Positions 27,933-40,090 of a stretch of 64,000 bases of DNA are shown here, piece after piece. The stretch lies in the NCBI RefSeq assembly GCF_003790525.1, contig NZ_CP033635.1. One strand, 5' to 3'. The first letter of the stretch is position 1. Every line of letters starts with the position of its first letter. A model generated the notes under the pieces. That model saw only the letters and a list, made by a program, of their open reading frames with translations, ran no database searches and was not told where the DNA came from. The DNA comes from Escherichia coli. GTDB lineage: Bacteria > Pseudomonadota > Gammaproteobacteria > Enterobacterales > Enterobacteriaceae. The position numbers and the translations under genes are program-made.

Positions 27933-28826
27933 TTACCAGCGCCCGGAGGCGCCACCGCCGCCAGATGAACCGCCGCCGCCGCGGAAATTGTCATTGTCGA
28001 ATGAAGAGGATGACGATGACGAATAGTGGGAGGAAGAATTACTTCTTGTATGGCGTGATGGCTGGTTGGTATTACGCATCGAATCCCGAACCTTTTTGCC
28101 GAAGGGAGTAAAAGCGATGGCGACAGCCAGGAACGGTGTGGCGAAGCAGAGTAATGTTGCGAGCACTCCCCAGCTTCCGCTGAAACCTGCTATAGGTAAA
28201 ACAAAGGCCAGTACAATAGCTGCGAAGCAAATCAGTCCCAGCGTTTTGATATATCCTCTGGCAGAAATAAACGTCAGTATTATCGCCCAGACTAACAAAG
28301 CCCACCAACCGCTAAAGGGCAAAGGGTGATCGGTCGGTGTTATCGTTGCTGAATTATTCCCCGTCAGGCGACTTTCAATATCGTTGATCCCCTTTTGTAA
28401 ACCACCAGCCAGGTCGCCTTTTTTAAATGCCGGAATAATACTGTTGCGAATAATTTTCCCGGACTGTACATCCGTAATAATACCTTCCAGTCCGTAACCG
28501 ATTTCAATACGCACGGTATGATCCTGCCAGGCGACTAACAGTAGAACGCCATCATCGCGGTCTTTATCACCCGGTTTCCAGCTATCGAATACCCGCGTTG
28601 CGTACTGCTCGATGGTTTCATCGCCTGTTGTATCAACCACTAACACGACCAACTGTGCGTGGTTTTTTTGCGTCAGGGCTTTAATCTGGTTGGTCAGGGT
28701 GTTTACTTCGCTGTTTGTTAATGTGCCGGTTAAGTCATTCACATACTTGGGGGATTCAGGTACTGGAATTTGTGTGGCAAACACAGATGAACAGAAGAAA
28801 GCCATAAGGAAGATAAAATTTCGCAT
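27933..28826 (-). CDS. TPM-domain membrane protein, close paralogue of YgcG
   Basis: about 297 aa from MRNFIFLMAFF; shares [11 protein letters not shown] and VAW-D-TVRI-GYGLE blocks with ygcG; C-terminal [15 protein letters not shown]. Confidence 0.75.
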   Translation of the reverse strand: MRNFIFLMAFFCSSVFATQIPVPESPKYVNDLTGTLTNSEVNTLTNQIKALTQKNHAQLVVLVVDTTGDETIEQYATRVFDSWKPGDKDRDDGVLLLVAWQDHTVRIEIGYGLEGIITDVQSGKIIRNSIIPAFKKGDLAGGLQKGINDIESRLTGNNSATITPTDHPLPFSGWWALLVWAIILTFISARGYIKTLGLICFAAIVLAFVLPIAGFSGSWGVLATLLCFATPFLAVAIAFTPFGKKVRDSMRNTNQPSRHTRSNSSSHYSSSSSSSFDNDNFRGGGGSSGGGGASGRW

Positions 28827-28839
28827 AGAACTTCCCCGC

Positions 28840-29442
28840 TTAATGCGCATTAGCATTCTGGCTAAAATCTATTGTTGGGGCTTTACTTACTGCGGTGACA
28901 TCATCCGGCAAATAATTTTTCTTTGGTGTGTAATCCATGACCTTTGCGGTTAATACAGCGGGGAATTTGCGGATAGTGACATTATATTGTTCAATGGCTT
29001 TAATATATCTTCCTCGCGCAACGGCAATTCTATTTTCACTTCCTTCGAGCTGTACCATTAAGTTTTGATAGAGTTCCTGAGCTTTTAACTCAGGGTAACG
29101 TTCACTAATTATCGTTAACTGACCGAGAGTGCGAGACACCTGCGCCTGGGCTTGTTGCCAGGCTTGTAATTTTTGCGCATCTCCCGGAGCTTGCTGAAGA
29201 TCGCTACTGGCGCGATTAGCCTGGCTACGTGCCAATGTTACGGCTTCCAGTACCTCTTGTTCATGGCTAGAATAACCTTTAATACTGGCGACAAGATTAG
29301 GAATAAGATCGGCGCGACGTTGATATTGATTCAATACCTCAGACCAGGAGGCGTTAACCTGCTCATCATAGGTTTGAATATCGTTATATCCACAGCCTGA
29401 TAAATTGACAATAAATATAATTACGATGAATATCCTGAGCAT
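28840..29442 (-). CDS. lemA: LemA-family lipoprotein
   Basis: 200 aa; lipobox LSGC at N-terminus; LemA proteins typically sit next to TPM-domain genes. Confidence 0.75.
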   Translation of the reverse strand: MLRIFIVIIFIVNLSGCGYNDIQTYDEQVNASWSEVLNQYQRRADLIPNLVASIKGYSSHEQEVLEAVTLARSQANRASSDLQQAPGDAQKLQAWQQAQAQVSRTLGQLTIISERYPELKAQELYQNLMVQLEGSENRIAVARGRYIKAIEQYNVTIRKFPAVLTAKVMDYTPKKNYLPDDVTAVSKAPTIDFSQNANAH

Positions 29443-29614
29443 GTCTATGTCCCTTTTAATTAATTCCTTAAAACATAATACGCCGCTTCATTTTATTCTT
29501 TATGATCTCATCCACTTTTTGCCTTAAACCTGCCTGTAACAGAATGTTAATAAGACATGATTGTTGTGGCAGGATCTGCAATAATTAACAATTATCCACT
29601 TCACAGAGAATGCT

Positions 29615-30286
29615 ATGCAGTACCCGATTAACGAGATGTTCCAGACCCTGCAAGGTGAGGGTTACTTTACCGGCGTCCCCGCCATTTTTATTCGTTTACA
29701 GGGATGCCCGGTTGGCTGTGCCTGGTGCGACACCAAACACACCTGGGAAAAGCTTGAGGATCGGGAAGTCTCCCTTTTCAGCATTCTGGCGAAGACCAAA
29801 GAGAGTGATAAGTGGGGGGCGGCGAGCAGTGAAGATTTGCTGGCTGTCATTGGTCGGCAGGGATATACCGCGCGGCATGTGGTGATTACGGGTGGTGAGC
29901 CTTGCATTCATGATTTGCTGCCACTGACTGACCTGCTCGAAAAGAACGGTTTTAGCTGCCAGATCGAAACCAGCGGTACTCATGAAGTACGCTGCACGCC
30001 GAATACCTGGGTTACCGTATCGCCAAAGCTGAACATGCGCGGCGGCTATGAAGTGTTGTCACAGGCACTGGAGCGAGCCAACGAAATCAAGCATCCAGTG
30101 GGACGCGTACGTGATATTGAAGCACTGGATGAACTACTGGCAACGCTGACCGATGATAAACCGCGAGTCATTGCACTCCAGCCGATTAGCCAAAAGGATG
30201 ATGCCACACGTTTGTGCATTGAAACCTGCATTGCGCGTAATTGGCGTTTGTCGATGCAAACACATAAATATCTAAATATTGCCTGA
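29615..30286 (+). CDS. queE: 7-carboxy-7-deazaguanine synthase (radical SAM)
   Basis: 223 aa with CxxxCxxC-like radical-SAM Cys cluster (GCPVGCAWCDT). Confidence 0.9.
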   Translation: MQYPINEMFQTLQGEGYFTGVPAIFIRLQGCPVGCAWCDTKHTWEKLEDREVSLFSILAKTKESDKWGAASSEDLLAVIGRQGYTARHVVITGGEPCIHDLLPLTDLLEKNGFSCQIETSGTHEVRCTPNTWVTVSPKLNMRGGYEVLSQALERANEIKHPVGRVRDIEALDELLATLTDDKPRVIALQPISQKDDATRLCIETCIARNWRLSMQTHKYLNIA

Positions 30287-30371
30287 TTTGATTATTCATC
30301 ATTAATATTTAACGTTCAGGTTGAAAAACAATCGCCCCGTTTTACAGGGGCGATGCAAGATAGTGACGGGA

Positions 30372-31379
30372 TTATCGGTAGCGTTTTTGTAGACTGGCAG
30401 GAAGATAACGCTGTAATGGGGATGGCGTTTCACCTTCAATCAGTTGCGAAATAAGTTCAAAGCAGTGAAAAGCAAGTTGGCGATTATCCTGTTGTATTGT
30501 GTCGATTCTTACCGAAAGTGAATCATACAAGTAATGATCATCAAAACTCGCCAGGTGGATTTTACTGTCGAGTAAATTATATTGGCTCATATAGCGCAGA
30601 ACGCCTTCCAGTAATCCACAAGCGGCAGTGAATAAGGCTTTAGGGGGACGTCCTAAACGAGCGCATAGCGCGGCAAACATTTCATAGCCTGAGCTCGGAT
30701 GATAATTACCGTGAATAATCCATTCAGGTTGTAGCGTTACTCCGGCTTGCTGCAAGCCTTGTGTAAATCCTTCCAGTCGATCGCGAGTCGGTGACAAACG
30801 GGGTTGTCCGCCCAGAAAATAGAATTCATCCGGGTGACTCCGTGCAATATCTGCCACCAGAGCGGCGGTGGGAGAAACAGAGTCAGTAATGACCAATGGC
30901 AATGTGCTGCCGTTCATGTGGCGATCGAACAACACAACAGGTAATTGCTCGCTAAGTTTTTGATAGTCATTATCATGCAGCATACTGGATGCGACGATTA
31001 ACCCATCAACCTGGCGGGCAATCATATTGTTCACCACCATTGTTTCCTGTGAAGGATTTTCATCAGTACAGGATATGAGGAGTTGGACTCCCGCTTCCCG
31101 ACACAATGTTTCCAGTTCATGGGAAAATACTGCAAATCCGTAGTTAGTGATTTCAGGAACGACGAGACCAATGGTGTGACTGCGGTTGTCCCGTAATGAG
31201 CGGGCATGAATGCTGGGCTGATAATGCTGCTGTTGGGCAATACTCAGCACACGCTCACGCGTTTCCTGCGCAACACGTAACTCTTTGCCACGACCATTGA
31301 GAACCAGACTGGCGGTTGCTTTCGACACTCCCGCCAGTTCAGCAATGTCTTTAATAGTAACGCGTTTGGTTTTTCTCAC
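30372..31379 (-). CDS. scrR: LacI-family sucrose operon repressor
   Basis: 335 aa; N-terminal HTH ([22 protein letters not shown]) plus periplasmic-binding-like fold; last gene of the scr cluster. Confidence 0.8.
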   Translation of the reverse strand: MRKTKRVTIKDIAELAGVSKATASLVLNGRGKELRVAQETRERVLSIAQQQHYQPSIHARSLRDNRSHTIGLVVPEITNYGFAVFSHELETLCREAGVQLLISCTDENPSQETMVVNNMIARQVDGLIVASSMLHDNDYQKLSEQLPVVLFDRHMNGSTLPLVITDSVSPTAALVADIARSHPDEFYFLGGQPRLSPTRDRLEGFTQGLQQAGVTLQPEWIIHGNYHPSSGYEMFAALCARLGRPPKALFTAACGLLEGVLRYMSQYNLLDSKIHLASFDDHYLYDSLSVRIDTIQQDNRQLAFHCFELISQLIEGETPSPLQRYLPASLQKRYR

Positions 31380-31404
31380 GACGAGGATCCGTAATTCAAA
31401 ACCC

Positions 31405-32814
31405 TCATTCTACCATGCAGGCGCGTAGCGACCAGTAGTGTAACGTGACGTCAGACTCGCCCTGTAATATCAGCGAAGCTGGATGATGGGGAAAATAACG
31501 ATTGCTCATTACGCCTTCGCCATTATTGATGAATATCTCTATGCTGGAACTGTCACAGAGAATCTTCAGTGACGTTACGCTTCCTCGCCAGTAACGAGTT
31601 AGTTTCTCTTGCCCTGCAAGGCTTTTCCTCTGTAGTTGAATACCATCGTCATTAAGATGCAGTGCCAGTGCGTTGCCAAAATTCAGATGTAGCTCGCCTG
31701 ATGGAATGATGTCCATTTCCAGACGTTCAATTGCGACAGGCGGCGCATGATCCGCTTTTCCTTGCCAGAAGTGTTCAGCTTCACGCAGTTGCGCGAGTTC
31801 CCTGATTGGCATCTGAAATAATTTTCCCTTCTGGAATGAGAGTTCGCGAAAACAGGTCATTTGATGCTGCCAATGATGCTTTCTGGTTGGTTGCAACATC
31901 TCTTCGCCATCAGGAACCCCCATCCAGCCGACCAGTAATCGTCGCCCGTCCGGGGCTTCCATCGTCTGTGGTGCATAGAATTCAAATCCCGCATCCAGCT
32001 CTGAGAAAGCGCCATGCGTAAATTTGCCTGTCTCGTAATCAAACTGTCCATGTAGCCAGGCGCAGGGATAGGTATTCAGATAGCGCTCATGTTCGCGCGC
32101 CATTCCCTGGGGGCAGCAGAGGAGAATGTATTCACCATCAAGGGCGAAAAGATCAGGACATTCCCACATGTATCCTGCGTTATCAATTTCATTCAGACCA
32201 TTACCAGCAATTTCTCCATGAAAAGACCAGGTATAGAGATCGACAGAGGAATACAGCAGCACTTTCCCCCGTTTCTCTTTATCTTGCGCGCCAAGCACCA
32301 TGTACCATCGGCTGTTGTGCTTCCAGACTTTTGGATCACGAACATGTCCGGTGTAACCATCAGGTAACGGTATGACAGGGCCTAATTTATCAAACCCGCC
32401 CTGGTTATTTTCGGTGGCCAGACATTGCCATGCCGTTCTGCTGCCATCATCAAACTTAACATTACCGGTATAGCAAAGTGTGAGAACGCCCTGATTATTA
32501 ACCGCGCTTCCTGAGTAACAACCATTACGGTCATACTCTTTATCGGGCATTAGCGCTAATGGTTCATGCTGCCAGTGCAATAAATCCGTCGAACTCCAGT
32601 GCCCCCAACATTTGTACTTATGATTACAATCCAATGGATTCCACTGATAAAACAGATGATAGCGGCCTCCTGACCAGCAAAAGCCATTTGGATCGTTCAT
32701 TAGTCCGGTGACGGGAGCGAGATGCCAACAAGGATAGTGGGCATCTGCCTGTGCTTTGGACTGACCTTTCATCACTGCCTGTAAAATCGCGGGCATTTGT
32801 GAAGGCATCGACAT
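31405..32814 (-). CDS. scrB: sucrose-6-phosphate hydrolase (GH32 invertase)
   Basis: 469 aa with GH32 NDPNG catalytic motif. Confidence 0.85.
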   Translation of the reverse strand: MSMPSQMPAILQAVMKGQSKAQADAHYPCWHLAPVTGLMNDPNGFCWSGGRYHLFYQWNPLDCNHKYKCWGHWSSTDLLHWQHEPLALMPDKEYDRNGCYSGSAVNNQGVLTLCYTGNVKFDDGSRTAWQCLATENNQGGFDKLGPVIPLPDGYTGHVRDPKVWKHNSRWYMVLGAQDKEKRGKVLLYSSVDLYTWSFHGEIAGNGLNEIDNAGYMWECPDLFALDGEYILLCCPQGMAREHERYLNTYPCAWLHGQFDYETGKFTHGAFSELDAGFEFYAPQTMEAPDGRRLLVGWMGVPDGEEMLQPTRKHHWQHQMTCFRELSFQKGKLFQMPIRELAQLREAEHFWQGKADHAPPVAIERLEMDIIPSGELHLNFGNALALHLNDDGIQLQRKSLAGQEKLTRYWRGSVTSLKILCDSSSIEIFINNGEGVMSNRYFPHHPASLILQGESDVTLHYWSLRACMVE

Positions 32815-34184
32815 TACTCCTCGTCTGTTTTGTATTTGAGCAATAAAGAGAGACTAAAAGCGACAGCGAAAGCAATCACCATTCCAATAATATAATTAAC
32901 CAACGATGTTGGCTGAACGATTGCCATGCCGGGTATTGCGGTCAGACCAACGGCAGTCATATAAACGTGAACAGAGACAACCCAGGCACCGCCGGCAGCG
33001 CCACCAATTAAGGCCGCAATAAAAGGTTTAACAAAACGAAGGTTGATACCAAAAATAGCGGCTTCAGTAATCCCTAACATTGCGGAAAAAGCCGAGGGTA
33101 GGGTGATTGCTTTAATTTTTGTATCTTTGGTTTTAAACCATACCGCCAGACATGCACCGCCTTGCGCAACGTTTGCCATTGCCCAAATAGGCAGCAGGAA
33201 ATTAACACCGATTGCAGGGTTACCTAAAAGTCCTGCTTCAATTGCGTGGAAGCTATGATGAATACCCGTAATAACAATCGCTGAATATAGCCCGCCGAAT
33301 AACAACCCCGCTAACCAGCCAGCGTGTGCAATCAGCGTGCTGAGAACGAAAGAGATACCATCACCTAACGCTCGCCCTGCCGGACCAATAATTAAAAGAG
33401 CGATAAAGCCAGAAATGACGACAGTCAGAAATGGCGTCAGAATGAGATCCAGAGCATCAGGGATAAACCTGCGTAACTGTTTTTCCACTATGCTCATAAA
33501 CCATACTGCCAGAAGCACGGGGAAAACCGTTCCCTGATAGCCAATCATGGCGATTTCAAAACCGAAGAAGTTCATTGTCTGAAATCCCGCAGCAACGCCC
33601 CAGGCATTTGTGAGTGCCGGGTGAGTCAGAATCCCTCCTAATGTCGCGCCAAGATAAGGATTTCCACCAAATTCACGAGCAGCAGTAAAGCCAATCAGGA
33701 TGGGGAGAATAATAAATGCGGCTGAACTGCACATATCCAGCAGGATATAAATCGCATTATCGGCATTCACCCAGCCATATGTTTTCACCATTCCCAGAAG
33801 CCCCATTAATAAACCAGAAGCAACAATGGCAGGAATGATGGGGACAAAAATATTAGAAAGCAGCCGTGCTATTCGCTGAAAAGGATTGAGTTTTTGAGCG
33901 GCGAGTCGAGCGGTATCTGCTTTACTGGATTCGCTAATACCCGCAACCTGAATAAAGGCAGCATAGACTTTATTAACCACGCCGGTGCCAAAGATGATCT
34001 GCATTTGCCCTGAATTACGAAAACAACCTTTCACTCCATCAATCTGGCCAATGGCATGTTGATCGGCAAGTGTGTCGTCAACCAGTACCAGCCGTAGGCG
34101 AGTGGCGCAATGTGCTGCACTGGCGATGTTCTCCTTACCACCTAATAAAGGAAGCAACGATTGGGCGATTTTATCGAAATCCAT
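32814..34184 (-). CDS. scrA: PTS sucrose-specific EIIBC component
   Basis: 456 aa; N-terminal EIIB Cys motif (CATRLRL) followed by polytopic EIIC. Confidence 0.85.
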   Translation of the reverse strand: MDFDKIAQSLLPLLGGKENIASAAHCATRLRLVLVDDTLADQHAIGQIDGVKGCFRNSGQMQIIFGTGVVNKVYAAFIQVAGISESSKADTARLAAQKLNPFQRIARLLSNIFVPIIPAIVASGLLMGLLGMVKTYGWVNADNAIYILLDMCSSAAFIILPILIGFTAAREFGGNPYLGATLGGILTHPALTNAWGVAAGFQTMNFFGFEIAMIGYQGTVFPVLLAVWFMSIVEKQLRRFIPDALDLILTPFLTVVISGFIALLIIGPAGRALGDGISFVLSTLIAHAGWLAGLLFGGLYSAIVITGIHHSFHAIEAGLLGNPAIGVNFLLPIWAMANVAQGGACLAVWFKTKDTKIKAITLPSAFSAMLGITEAAIFGINLRFVKPFIAALIGGAAGGAWVVSVHVYMTAVGLTAIPGMAIVQPTSLVNYIIGMVIAFAVAFSLSLLLKYKTDEE

Positions 34185-34244
34185 ATAACCCTCTAATTCA
34201 TTGTTATTTCAGTAAAAGCCTCACATTCGTGAGGCTGTCTGGTA

Positions 34245-35786
<1,542 letters not shown>

Positions 35787-35805
35787 TTATAAAAATTGCT
35801 AAAAT

Positions 35806-35879
35806 GCTAAACCGGTTTAGGTGTTGATAATAAAGCTGACTTTTTAGCCAGAGCAATTATTTTCGCTAAACCGATTTAG
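35806..35879. promoter_or_regulatory. two palindromic operator-like sites (gctaaaccggtttag at 35806-35820; gctaaaccgatttag at 35865-35879) in the scrY promoter region
   Basis: near-perfect LacI-type palindromes TAAACCGGTTTA in the scrK-scrY intergenic region. Confidence 0.55.
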
Positions 35880-35929
35880 TAAATGTGACAGGCACGACAA
35901 ATCGGGTTACAGATACAACAGCAGGATCA

Positions 35930-36850
35930 CTATTGTGAAGGGAGATCGTGTTGTCGGGGTAAGGCGGTTATCGCGCCTTTAGCCGTGGTCGCCAGAGCAC
36001 CACAAATCTGAGCTTGTGCAATGATTCGTTCAAGCTGTCTGGTATTTGTTGGTATTCCAGAATCAGCCAGACCTGCAAGTAATCCAGCGACAAAAGCATC
36101 TCCTGCCCCGGTCGTATCGACGACAGAAACAGGTTTGGCGGGATAGTGGATAAACTGCCCCTGAAAATACACAAGTACGCCATTTTTTCCTTGTGTAATA
36201 AGCAATAAAGTCAACGAATAACGTTGTACTAATGAATATGCGCCTTGCTGAACCTGGCTTTCGCCACTGATGAATAGCAACTCTTCTTCGGACAATTTAG
36301 CGATATTCGCCAGCGAAAGTGCGCGATCAAGGTATTTCCTTAATAGCGCTTCACTCTGCCAGAGATCGCTGCGGATATTGGGATCAAAACTGATGTTTCC
36401 GCCAGCCTGACGTATTTTCTCCATAGCCAGAAATGCGGTACTTCGGGAAGGTTCTGCACTGAGCGCAATGGAACAAAGATGGAGCCATTCACCCGGCCCA
36501 AATGCAGGAAGGTCACCAGGTTGTAAAAAAAGATCGGCACTTGGGCGTACCATAAAGGTAAAGTTTCTTTCTCCTTGCTCATCAAGTCCTACAGCCACAA
36601 TTGAGGTGCGTTGTTGAGGATCAAGAGACATATAATGTGTATCAACATTTTCTGTACTCAGTGTCTGATACATAAAGCGACCGAAAGGATCATCGCCAAC
36701 TTTGCCAATAAAGGCACTTTTCCCCCCCAGCCTTGCGATACCGACTGCAACATTAGCAGGCGCCCCGCCAGGACACTGTAGTAGTCTCCCCTGGCTTTCG
36801 GGTAATAAATCAACAACCGCATCACCGAGTACCCATACTCTTGCGCTCAT
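35930..36850 (-). CDS. scrK: fructokinase (PfkB family)
   Basis: 306 aa with PfkB signature (DTTGAGDAF). Confidence 0.85.
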   Translation of the reverse strand: MSARVWVLGDAVVDLLPESQGRLLQCPGGAPANVAVGIARLGGKSAFIGKVGDDPFGRFMYQTLSTENVDTHYMSLDPQQRTSIVAVGLDEQGERNFTFMVRPSADLFLQPGDLPAFGPGEWLHLCSIALSAEPSRSTAFLAMEKIRQAGGNISFDPNIRSDLWQSEALLRKYLDRALSLANIAKLSEEELLFISGESQVQQGAYSLVQRYSLTLLLITQGKNGVLVYFQGQFIHYPAKPVSVVDTTGAGDAFVAGLLAGLADSGIPTNTRQLERIIAQAQICGALATTAKGAITALPRQHDLPSQ

Positions 36851-36870
36851 AAAGGCTCCAATATACTAAT

Positions 36871-36897
36871 TGCTAAACTAATTAAATCGGTTTAGCA
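36871..36897. promoter_or_regulatory. inverted repeat tgctaaac-N11-gtttagca upstream of scrK (operator-like)
   Basis: shares the gctaaac half-site with the scrY operator-like palindromes. Confidence 0.45.
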
Positions 36898-37014
36898 ATT
36901 AAAGCATAAACGCTGCTCAGGAGAGAACAATATTCAGCAGTGGTTACCCGGTATTTTGTGGTGGAAACGTGAATATGCCGGGATTAATCATCTACCCGGC
37001 ACTGTTTATCTCAC

Positions 37015-38493
37015 TTACGCATTCGACCAGCTCTGGATCGAATCTTCATTCCCCAGCTCACCATGCATCACTTCATACGATTTTTTCAGGATCACATCAG
37101 TGTGCTTGGTTAGGTCTTTGAAAATGCCTTTATTCATCGCGTCGTAGCGTTTGGCGTTGCTCTCAACAGGCATAAAGATATCTTTCACGCGAACCATTTT
37201 GTCGACAGCCGTTGCGTAATCCGGGTATAGCCCCAGACCTGCCGCCGTATTGATCGCAGCCCCCAGACTTGCACAACCATTAATGGCGTTTCGGCGTGCC
37301 GGAAGGTTGAACACGTCGGCAAAAATCTGCATAAACAGATCGCTGTTCGAACCGCCGCCAGTAATGATCACATGCTTTGCAAAGTGATTCATTTCATTAC
37401 ACATATTGTCGTAATTGTTCTTCAGCGTCAGCGCCACGCTTTCCAGTATCGAACGATATATCCATGCGTAATCCATGCTGGAATCAAAGCCGATCATAAT
37501 CCCGCGTTTGTATGGTTCCCACGGATTGGTCAGCCAGTCCAGCACCGTCATCAGACCATTACAGCCAGGCGGCACACAAGACGCTTTTTTGTTGAGCAAA
37601 TCTTCCGGTGAAAGATCCTGTGCTTTGGCATCCTGAATTAACGACTCGCCTAGCATGTCGCGTAGCCAGCTCACCGTCCACATGCCTTTGCGAATACCGT
37701 AACCTTCATACAGCAAGGTTTGCGGAATAGAAGACATAATCGGCCAGTACGCTACCGGATCTTTCGGCAGTGCTTTGCCGTTCATCATCAACGCGATGTA
37801 AGTGCCAAGAGAAATTACCGCCGTTTCATCATCCAGTAACCCTGCTCCCAGTGCTTCTACCGGTTTATCACTGGTGGTACAAACAACGGGCAGTCCAACC
37901 GGGAAATGTGTCGCCAGCGCGGCTTGTGGTGTGATATGCCCAAGAACAGTGCCCGGCATTTGCACATCAAAAAGCATCTGTCGGGGAATATTAAACTTCT
38001 CCATTACCGCGGTATCTTCGCTCCATGCCCAGGTCTTATAATCCACCGGCCACTGACCAAAATAGTTGGCGATATTGTCTTTAAACTCGCCGGTTAAACG
38101 GTGTGTCAGATAACCTGAAAAAGAGGTGACATATGCCACATCAGGATTGGTGTGCTCGTAGGGACGTGTAACGCGTGCATCCTGCCAGCTAATCAACGGC
38201 GCAGCTGGCGTGCCATCGGCTTTCAATAACGCACGGCAGCAACGGATGGATCCCAGACCAATACCGACAATATCTTCTTTATTTCCGGCAAACTGACTCA
38301 TCAAATCGTGACCGGCAAAACATAATGATGCCCATAAATCGTCGTCAGGATGTTCTGCGGTATCGGCATCTGGCGTGTGCATCGGCTGCAATAAGCCTTT
38401 GCCTTCGCAAACCACATTACCTTCCAGATCATACATCACCACTTTTGTGCTCTGACTTCCGCCATCAATCCCTATGATGTATTTTTTCGACAT
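37015..38493 (-). CDS. ygcE: FGGY-family carbohydrate kinase
   Basis: 492-aa FGGY kinase; conserved K-12 position. Confidence 0.85.
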   Translation of the reverse strand: MSKKYIIGIDGGSQSTKVVMYDLEGNVVCEGKGLLQPMHTPDADTAEHPDDDLWASLCFAGHDLMSQFAGNKEDIVGIGLGSIRCCRALLKADGTPAAPLISWQDARVTRPYEHTNPDVAYVTSFSGYLTHRLTGEFKDNIANYFGQWPVDYKTWAWSEDTAVMEKFNIPRQMLFDVQMPGTVLGHITPQAALATHFPVGLPVVCTTSDKPVEALGAGLLDDETAVISLGTYIALMMNGKALPKDPVAYWPIMSSIPQTLLYEGYGIRKGMWTVSWLRDMLGESLIQDAKAQDLSPEDLLNKKASCVPPGCNGLMTVLDWLTNPWEPYKRGIMIGFDSSMDYAWIYRSILESVALTLKNNYDNMCNEMNHFAKHVIITGGGSNSDLFMQIFADVFNLPARRNAINGCASLGAAINTAAGLGLYPDYATAVDKMVRVKDIFMPVESNAKRYDAMNKGIFKDLTKHTDVILKKSYEVMHGELGNEDSIQSWSNA

Positions 38494-38519
38494 GATTTTT
38501 CTCCTGTAATTTTCTGGAC

Positions 38520-39797
38520 TTACTTGCTGCTAGCCATAGCAGGGGCGCTATCAGCAGTACGAATTTTTTGGAACAGCAAAAAGGTAAAGATGATCACCAT
38601 GGCAAGCGCCGCCATGCCCATTAGCCACATGTTGCGGTAGGCTTCTGCAGCGGGCAGGGTGTCTTGCCAGTGGCCGATAATCGGGTAAACGAAGACATCC
38701 GGCAGGAATCCAATCACCGAACAAATACCTACCGTGGTGCCCATAATGTAAGACGGTGTTCTCGCTTCGCCGGGGCAGGCCCAGTACAGTCCACGTGAGG
38801 CGTAGCAGGTGAATCCCAGTAGTAAAATCAGGCCAATCCCCATAGCGACCGATTGCGGGTTAGAGTTGGTAACAAGCAGGGCAGTCAGTGCCAGCAGGCC
38901 GATGATGGAAAGGATTTGAATTACGCGGGTAGGGGATTTCACTTTACTGTAGGTGGTGATAATGCCGCCAAGTGGACCACACAGCGCGCGGAAGATTTTG
39001 TTGATCACAATCCCCATGTAGCTCGCCGCCACCAGCGACATGCCGTACATTTCGGTGAGATAGTTGGTGGAGTAACTCAGAATGGCGTAGATGGTGAAGA
39101 CGCCAAAAATCACCATGCTGCAATACCAGGTGGTGCTGATGCGCAAAACAGCCAGGATGTCGCTAAGCTGGAATGATTGTTTTTCTTCGTTATTGGCACT
39201 GCGCAGGTTGTTGTTATCGCTAACAAAAAACCAGCACAGAATCCCCAACAAGATGTAAACCACACTATAGATGATAATGACCGTTTTCAGGCTGGCGCTG
39301 TCATCCGGTGCAAAGCGAGAAAAGACCCACATGGTAAACACCGCCAGCGACATTACACCGACGCCGCGCAGCCCTTCCATCCAGCCCATAATTTTCCCTT
39401 GCTCGCTATGATCGCCCAGCAACGATGCGGCTTTAATCGACACCGACCACAGCATTAAAATCGTCGTTATCGCAAAGGCAACCTGAATACAGAGCATTAC
39501 CCACAGCGGTGGATAAGTTGCCATTAACAGACCCAGTAATCCGGTAATGATCATCGCGGAAGTAATCATTTTGCGATGTGAGAATTTATCGGCAATAACG
39601 CCACTGGGCGCATAAAGAATAATAGCTGCAATACCAAAGGTACTCATTATTAAACCTATCTCGGTATTGCTGAATCCCATAAATTTCGCCATGGGAATTT
39701 GATAAATATAACGTAAATAAGCCAGGTCGAAACTAACGCCGCCGCTAAAACTAATTATCGCGAGGGTTATCCAACGGCGATATGAGTTGTGTTGCAT
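38520..39797 (-). CDS. yqcE: MFS transporter
   Basis: 425-aa polytopic MFS protein downstream of ygcE. Confidence 0.8.
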   Translation of the reverse strand: MQHNSYRRWITLAIISFSGGVSFDLAYLRYIYQIPMAKFMGFSNTEIGLIMSTFGIAAIILYAPSGVIADKFSHRKMITSAMIITGLLGLLMATYPPLWVMLCIQVAFAITTILMLWSVSIKAASLLGDHSEQGKIMGWMEGLRGVGVMSLAVFTMWVFSRFAPDDSASLKTVIIIYSVVYILLGILCWFFVSDNNNLRSANNEEKQSFQLSDILAVLRISTTWYCSMVIFGVFTIYAILSYSTNYLTEMYGMSLVAASYMGIVINKIFRALCGPLGGIITTYSKVKSPTRVIQILSIIGLLALTALLVTNSNPQSVAMGIGLILLLGFTCYASRGLYWACPGEARTPSYIMGTTVGICSVIGFLPDVFVYPIIGHWQDTLPAAEAYRNMWLMGMAALAMVIIFTFLLFQKIRTADSAPAMASSK

Positions 39798-40043
39798 ATC
39801 GTATTCCCATTTGTAATAGACAAAAAAAAGAGAAAAGTAAGCCGCCCTTTCAGGTGGATTACTTTTCTCAGGTCTCTAGTAATTGCAATAAGAAATAACA
39901 TGGAAAGCAGTGGTGTTGTGTGAGAGTAGTCACGCTTCTGCTTTTTAAAATTATTTGACAATACGAATATCACACTGTGATTACGATCACATTAGCGCTT
40001 ATGCCCTTATGCTAAAAATTATCTCCAGTTACCAGAGATAATG

Positions 40044-40090
40044 AGAAAGGTAACTTCCCTCTCGCGGGGGAAGTTACCTTTCTTTTTTTT
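40044..40090 (+). terminator. intrinsic-terminator-like hairpin plus T8 in the ygcW leader
   Basis: 17-bp stem gagaaaggtaacttccc / gggaagttacctttctt followed by tttttttt, ending 25 nt before the ygcW ATG. Confidence 0.5.

Noticed and set aside
25892-29442. lemA-TPM cluster as a phage-defence or secretion system
   Set aside because: No ATPase, nuclease or other defence-associated domain is present; the variability is more simply explained by paralogue expansion
30331-30355. Hairpin atcgcccc-gttttaca-ggggcgat between queE and scrR, considered as a CRISPR2 remnant
   Set aside because: No similarity to the 29-bp CRISPR repeat; more likely a shared terminator for convergent queE and scrR
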